From UHGV virus genome UHGV-2173514: 11,755 nt of DNA, one strand, 5' to 3'. The DNA comes from a virus. The translations under genes were made by a program, and so were the position numbers. Shown in pieces: positions 8,386-11,755 of the stretch. How positions within the stretch are numbered: the stretch's first letter is position 1; the number at the start of each line of letters is the position of its first letter. The notes under the pieces were generated by a model, which saw only the letters and a program-made list of their open reading frames with translations, did no database searches and was not told where the DNA came from.

Positions 8386-8569
8386 ACTGAATCTCCCGTC
8401 CAAAAGCGCAAATCATGCCATGCAGGCCAGAAACGGCCATTATTTAAAACCTCGGTTTACGAGAACTCGGCACAAGCGGGGAGAAAATACCGTTACTCAG
8501 TACAGCGAATACCTGGACCAATCGACAAACATTCAGCGGTGGCCTTTCTGGGGAACTGTCCGGCAATGC
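8194..8569. repeat. Left arm of a ~376-bp imperfect inverted repeat (partner 11084-11459)
   Basis: The reverse complement of 8194-8569 aligns base-for-base with 11084-11459 at roughly 93-96% identity by eye. It covers the invertase codons 1-64, the invertase upstream region, the gix site and ~105 bp of tail-fibre coding sequence. Confidence 0.85.
8440..8465. other. gix/hix-type invertase crossover site (left)
   Basis: TTATTTAAAACCTCGGTTTACGAGAA matches Mu gixR (TTATCCAAAACCTCGGTTTACAGGAA) at 22/26 positions: two imperfect half-sites around a central dinucleotide at 8452-8453. Confidence 0.8.
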
Positions 8570-9161
8570 CGCTACTGCAACAAAGCTGAAAACAGCACGA
8601 AAAATTGCTGGAGTTGGTTTTGATGGTTCTAGCGATATTTCAATTAGTGCCAAAAATGTCAATGCATTTGCACTCCGACAAACAGGTAATACTGTTAATG
8701 GTGATACATCCGTTGGATGGAATTGGGATAGTGGTGCATATAACGCCATGATTGGTGGTGCATCTGCATTAATTCTTCACTTTAATATAAATGCTGGTAG
8801 CTGTCCTGCCGTACAATTCCGTGTGAATTATAAAAATGGTGGCATTTCCTACAGGTCGGCTCGTGATGGTTATGGGTTTGAATTAGGTTGGTCAGATTTC
8901 TATACCACGACACGAAAACCTTCAGCGGGAGATGTTGGTGCATATACGCGGACAGAATGTAACTCAAGGTTTATTACAGGTATTCGCCTTGGCGGTCTGT
9001 CATCTGTTCAGACATGGAATGGTCCCGGCTGGTCTGACAGGTCAGGTTATGTCGTTACGGGTTCAGTTAACGGAAACCGTGATGAATTAATTGATACAAC
9101 ACAGGCAAGGCCAATTCAGTATTGCATTAATGGGACGTGGTATAACGCGGGGAGTATTTAA
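8448..9161 (+). CDS. Tail-fibre C-terminal variable cassette Sv (5'-partial, no own start)
   Basis: The frame opens right after TAA 8445-8447 inside the gix site: [63 protein letters not shown]... ending ...CINGTWYNAGSI, stop 9159-9161. Homologous to the opposite-strand cassette. The track lists only the part from the first Met (8748). Confidence 0.75.
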   Translation, partial: NLGLRELGTSGEKIPLLSTANTWTNRQTFSGGLSGELSGNAATATKLKTARKIAGVGFDGSSDISISAKNVNAFALRQTGNTVNGDTSVGWNWDSGAYNAMIGGASALILHFNINAGSCPAVQFRVNYKNGGISYRSARDGYGFELGWSDFYTTTRKPSAGDVGAYTRTECNSRFITGIRLGGLSSVQTWNGPGWSDRSGYVVTGSVNGNRDELIDTTQARPIQYCINGTWYNAGSI

Positions 9162-9163
9162 CG

Positions 9164-9697
9164 ATGATGCACTTAAAAAACATTACTGCTGGCAACCCTA
9201 AAACAAAAGAGCAATACCAGCTAACAAAGCAATTTAACATCAAATGGCTTTATTCAGCTGATGGAAAAAACTGGTATGAGGAACAAAAGAATTTCCAGCC
9301 AGACACTTTGAAAATGGTCTATGACCATAACGGCGTTATTATTTGTATTGAAAAGGATGTTTCAGCAATTAATCCGGAAGGCGCAAGCGTCGTTGAATTA
9401 CCTGATATTACAGCAAATCGCCGGGCTGATATTTCGGGGAAATGGATGTTCAAAGATGGCGTAGTGGTAAAGCGAACTTATACCGAGGAAGAGCAGAGGC
9501 AACAAGCGGAAAATGAAAAGCAGAGCCTGTTGCAACTTGTCAGGGATAAAACTCAGCTATGGGACTCACAGCTACGGCTGGGCATCATTTCCGACGAGAA
9601 TAAACAAAAATTAACCGAGTGGATGCTCTATGCGCAGAAAGTCGAATCCACAGACACCTCCAGCCTGCCAGTAACATTTCCCGAACAACCTGAATGA
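9164..9697 (+). CDS. tfa: Tail fibre assembly protein (Tfa, Mu U / P2 G-like)
   Basis: 177 aa, starting 2 nt after the Sv stop. The N-terminus MMHLKNITAGNPKT...[13 protein letters not shown]...PDITANRR...GKWMFKDG is nearly identical to the minus-strand paralog while the C-terminus diverges. Confidence 0.9.
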   Translation: MMHLKNITAGNPKTKEQYQLTKQFNIKWLYSADGKNWYEEQKNFQPDTLKMVYDHNGVIICIEKDVSAINPEGASVVELPDITANRRADISGKWMFKDGVVVKRTYTEEEQRQQAENEKQSLLQLVRDKTQLWDSQLRLGIISDENKQKLTEWMLYAQKVESTDTSSLPVTFPEQPE

Positions 9698-9701
9698 GAC
9701 A

Positions 9702-9728
9702 AGGCCCGATAACGGGCCTTAATTTTTA
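9702..9728. terminator. Terminator hairpin between convergent tfa genes
   Basis: aggcccg (9702-9708) / cgggcct (9713-9719) with loop ataa, followed by taattttta. The stop codons of both tfa genes flank it. Confidence 0.6.
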
Positions 9729-10253
9729 TTCAGGCTTTTGTGGCCATTCAGGATTTGCCGTATCCACACGGTTGACCAGAACACTGTAGCGTTCCCATGC
9801 TTCCAGTCGTGTGCGTTCCTCGTCTGTTGCCATATTCAGCCTGACAGCGCGTTCCAGCGGCTGGATGACTGATTCAGCTTCGGAAAGCAATGCGGCCTTT
9901 TGTGATTCGGCCTGTTGTTGCTGTTCGTCAGCCGTATAAATCCGTTTAACCACAGCTCCGTCCTTAAACATCCACTTACCGGAATCATCGGTCCGACGAT
10001 TGGCCGTTATATCGGGAACCTCGACGACGCTAAAACCTTCGGGATTAAGCGTGGAGGCATCTCTGGTGATGGCGACAATAATATTATTTTCATCGTAAAC
10101 AATCTTTATGGTGTCTGGCTGAAAGTTTTTCACTTCCTCATACCAGTTTTTTCCGTCCTCAGAGTAAAGCCAGATAACTCCGTGTTTCTTTGTTAACTCA
10201 TACTGTTCCAGTGTTTTAGCATTACCCGCTTTTATGTTCTTTAAGTGCATCAT
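9726..10253 (-). CDS. tfa: Alternative tail fibre assembly protein (Tfa')
   Basis: 175 aa, [14 protein letters not shown]...; paralog of the plus-strand Tfa. Starts 1 nt after the Sv' stop. Confidence 0.9.
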   Translation of the reverse strand: MMHLKNIKAGNAKTLEQYELTKKHGVIWLYSEDGKNWYEEVKNFQPDTIKIVYDENNIIVAITRDASTLNPEGFSVVEVPDITANRRTDDSGKWMFKDGAVVKRIYTADEQQQQAESQKAALLSEAESVIQPLERAVRLNMATDEERTRLEAWERYSVLVNRVDTANPEWPQKPE

Positions 10254-10254
10254 A

Positions 10255-11205
10255 TTAAACGCTCGCTACATTATACCAGGTGCCATTTATATACTTTTGA
10301 ACGGGTCTGTAATAAACGCCCGCTATATTATCGGCAGAGTTAGACCCTGTATCCTGAACATTAATACCAGACAATACATGACCTGAAGGGCACTGGAAAT
10401 TCCATGTTTGCCAGTTGTTCACTCCATAATATTGCTGTGAACCAAGTCGAACATCTTTCACATAACGGGAATCAAAGTTACCGTAATCCGAGGGGTTAAC
10501 ACGCCCTGTAATATTTATGGTTTTATTACTTTGAATGCTTCCGGAGACAAAGCGCATAACATGGACGTTATTAGCATAAACATCCAGATTACCATCGCCA
10601 TTTTGTTTAAAGCCCGTGTCATTATCACCCAATACAATCGAATTACCGCCAAGAGCACTGGATGTTCCGATACCCAGTGCACCATTCAGTTGACCACCAG
10701 ATAACGGCAGTGCACCAACATCTCCTGCTGAAGGTTTTCTGGTGGTGGTGTAAAATTCGGACCAGTCGGCTTCAAAACCATAACCATCACGGGCTGAACG
10801 ATAAAAAATACCGCCATTTTTATAATTAATCCGAAACTGAGCTGCAGGACAACTTCCGTCTCCCATATAAAAATGAATAATTAACGTTGATGCACCACCA
10901 ATATTTGCGTTATAGGCTCCGCTACTCCAGTTCCATCCAACTGCTTTATCATTCGCAACGGTGCTTCCTGTTTTCCCTAAGGCAAACGCACCAACATGAC
11001 TTGCTTTTAATGTGATATCGGAGGAACCATCAAAAGCCACATTGCTTATTTTCCTGGCAGTTTTTAATTTTGCAGCTGTAGAAGCATTGCCGGATAGTTC
11101 ACCAGAAAGGCCACCGCTGAATGTTTGTCGATTAGTCCAGGTATTCGCTGTACTGAGTAACGGTATTTTCTCCCCGCTTGTGCCGAGTTCTCGTAAACCG
11201 AGGTT
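10255..11205 (-). CDS. Alternative tail-fibre C-terminal variable cassette Sv' (5'-partial, no own start)
   Basis: The minus-strand frame is open from the gix-R site (stop at 11208-11206) through ...[38 protein letters not shown]... to ...[12 protein letters not shown]. The track shows only 10255-11040 from an internal GTG. Confidence 0.8.
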   Translation of the reverse strand, partial: NLGLRELGTSGEKIPLLSTANTWTNRQTFSGGLSGELSGNASTAAKLKTARKISNVAFDGSSDITLKASHVGAFALGKTGSTVANDKAVGWNWSSGAYNANIGGASTLIIHFYMGDGSCPAAQFRINYKNGGIFYRSARDGYGFEADWSEFYTTTRKPSAGDVGALPLSGGQLNGALGIGTSSALGGNSIVLGDNDTGFKQNGDGNLDVYANNVHVMRFVSGSIQSNKTINITGRVNPSDYGNFDSRYVKDVRLGSQQYYGVNNWQTWNFQCPSGHVLSGINVQDTGSNSADNIAGVYYRPVQKYINGTWYNVASV

Positions 11206-11213
11206 TTAGATAA
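11188..11213. other. gix/hix-type invertase crossover site (right, inverted)
   Basis: TTCTCGTAAACCGAGGTTTTAGATAA; its reverse complement differs from the left site at one position. Confidence 0.8.
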
Positions 11214-11243
11214 TGGCGGTTTCTGGCCTGCATGGCATGATTT

Positions 11244-11459
11244 GTGCTTTTGGACGGGAGATTCAGCGTGCTGATTGGCTATGTAAGGGTATCAACAAAT
11301 GACCAGAATACAGATCTGCAACGAAACGCTCTTGTTTGTGCAGGATATGAACAAATATTTGAAGATAAATTAAGCGGAACAAGGACAGGCCGACCTGGAT
11401 TAAAACGTGCTTTAAAGCGCCTTCAAAAAGGTGACGCACTGGTTGTCTGAAAACTGGAC
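11244..11459 (+). pseudogene. Truncated second copy of the invertase 5' end (first ~64 codons, premature stop)
   Basis: Encodes (V)LIGYVRVSTNDQNTDLQRNALVCAGYEQIFEDKLSGTRTGRPGLKRALKRLQKGDALVV, then TGA at 11448-11450 where the intact gene has Trp. Nucleotide similarity to the intact gene ends at about 11460 and no catalytic-domain remainder or HTH follows in any frame. Confidence 0.75.
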
Positions 11460-11755
11460 TGACTGGTTCACTGTATGCGGCATCTTGTCGTGCTGGTGGT
11501 GGAAGCCTAGAAAAAGTATCGGGTGTTACTGAACCGTGTTGATACATCAACTGCACCTGATATTGAGTGGCCTACGAACCCTGTCAGGGAGTAATCATTG
11601 GGATTATGCCGCAGCACGTCTTAAGCAAGAACGTGCTGCGGTTGGATGCTATTTTTTCCCTGAAGCGGAAAACATTACTACAGTACCTTGAACCTTGGTT
11701 TTAACATTCTCGAAATGCTCTGAGAGTATATGTGTTAAGCCTTCTTCGGAATCTT

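Larger units (their letters stand above)
8453..11200. other. Invertible tail-fibre DNA segment (G/C/P-segment type host-range switch)
   Basis: Bounded by inverted gix-like sites. It contains Sv-Tfa on the plus strand and Tfa'-Sv' on the minus strand, arranged convergently around a central terminator, as in Mu G, P1 C and e14 P segments. Confidence 0.8.
11084..11459. repeat. Right arm of the ~376-bp imperfect inverted repeat
   Basis: Reverse-complement match to 8194-8569 (see left arm). Confidence 0.85.
595..11466. mobile_element. P2-like prophage / phage-tail-like element: tail, late-regulator and tail-fibre inversion module
   Basis: Contiguous set of proteins I recognise by sequence as the P2 Ogr, D, FI, FII, E/E', T, U families plus a Gin/Pin-type invertase and tail-fibre cassettes. 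Whether this is a complete prophage or a tailocin cannot be decided from the window. Confidence 0.8.

Noticed and set aside
8420-8749. Track ORFs 8420-8623 (+), 8444-8749 (-) and 11012-11209 (+), two of which share an identical C-terminal peptide
   Set aside because: The shared peptide is a by-product of the inverted repeat read in a non-coding frame. These regions are explained by the crossover sites, invertase upstream region and fibre cassette frames.
1-11755. CRISPR array or other short tandem direct repeats
   Set aside because: No regularly spaced direct repeats were seen. The only large repeat is the inverted pair around the tail-fibre segment.

Overview
This window is a P2-like (FETUD-type) myovirus tail module from an enterobacterial prophage or tailocin locus, with two accessory systems attached. 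All calls rest on reading the supplied ORF translations and sequence by eye; no searches were run. Left to right: two hairpin terminators and a hok/sok-like type I toxin locus (Hok/Gef-family 46-aa ORF, minus strand, not in the ORF track); ogr and tail gene D on the minus strand; then FI (sheath), FII (tube), E/E' (frameshifted chaperone), T (tape measure) and U on the plus strand; then a Pin/Gin/Cin-family serine invertase (minus strand) beside a ~2.75 kb invertible tail-fibre segment. That segment holds two alternative fibre C-terminal cassettes, each with its own assembly chaperone, bounded by gix-like crossover sites. The sites sit inside ~376-bp imperfect inverted repeats, and the right repeat carries a truncated second copy of the invertase 5' end. 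Two things are unusual: both ends of the invertible segment abut invertase 5' ends, so no constant fibre 5' part is adjacent; and the FI-FII-E-T-U block is inverted relative to D-ogr compared with P2. Three N-runs (410-431, 3785-3819, 6873-6917) interrupt the hok leader, FII and T, and the reading frame is offset across the two coding gaps.
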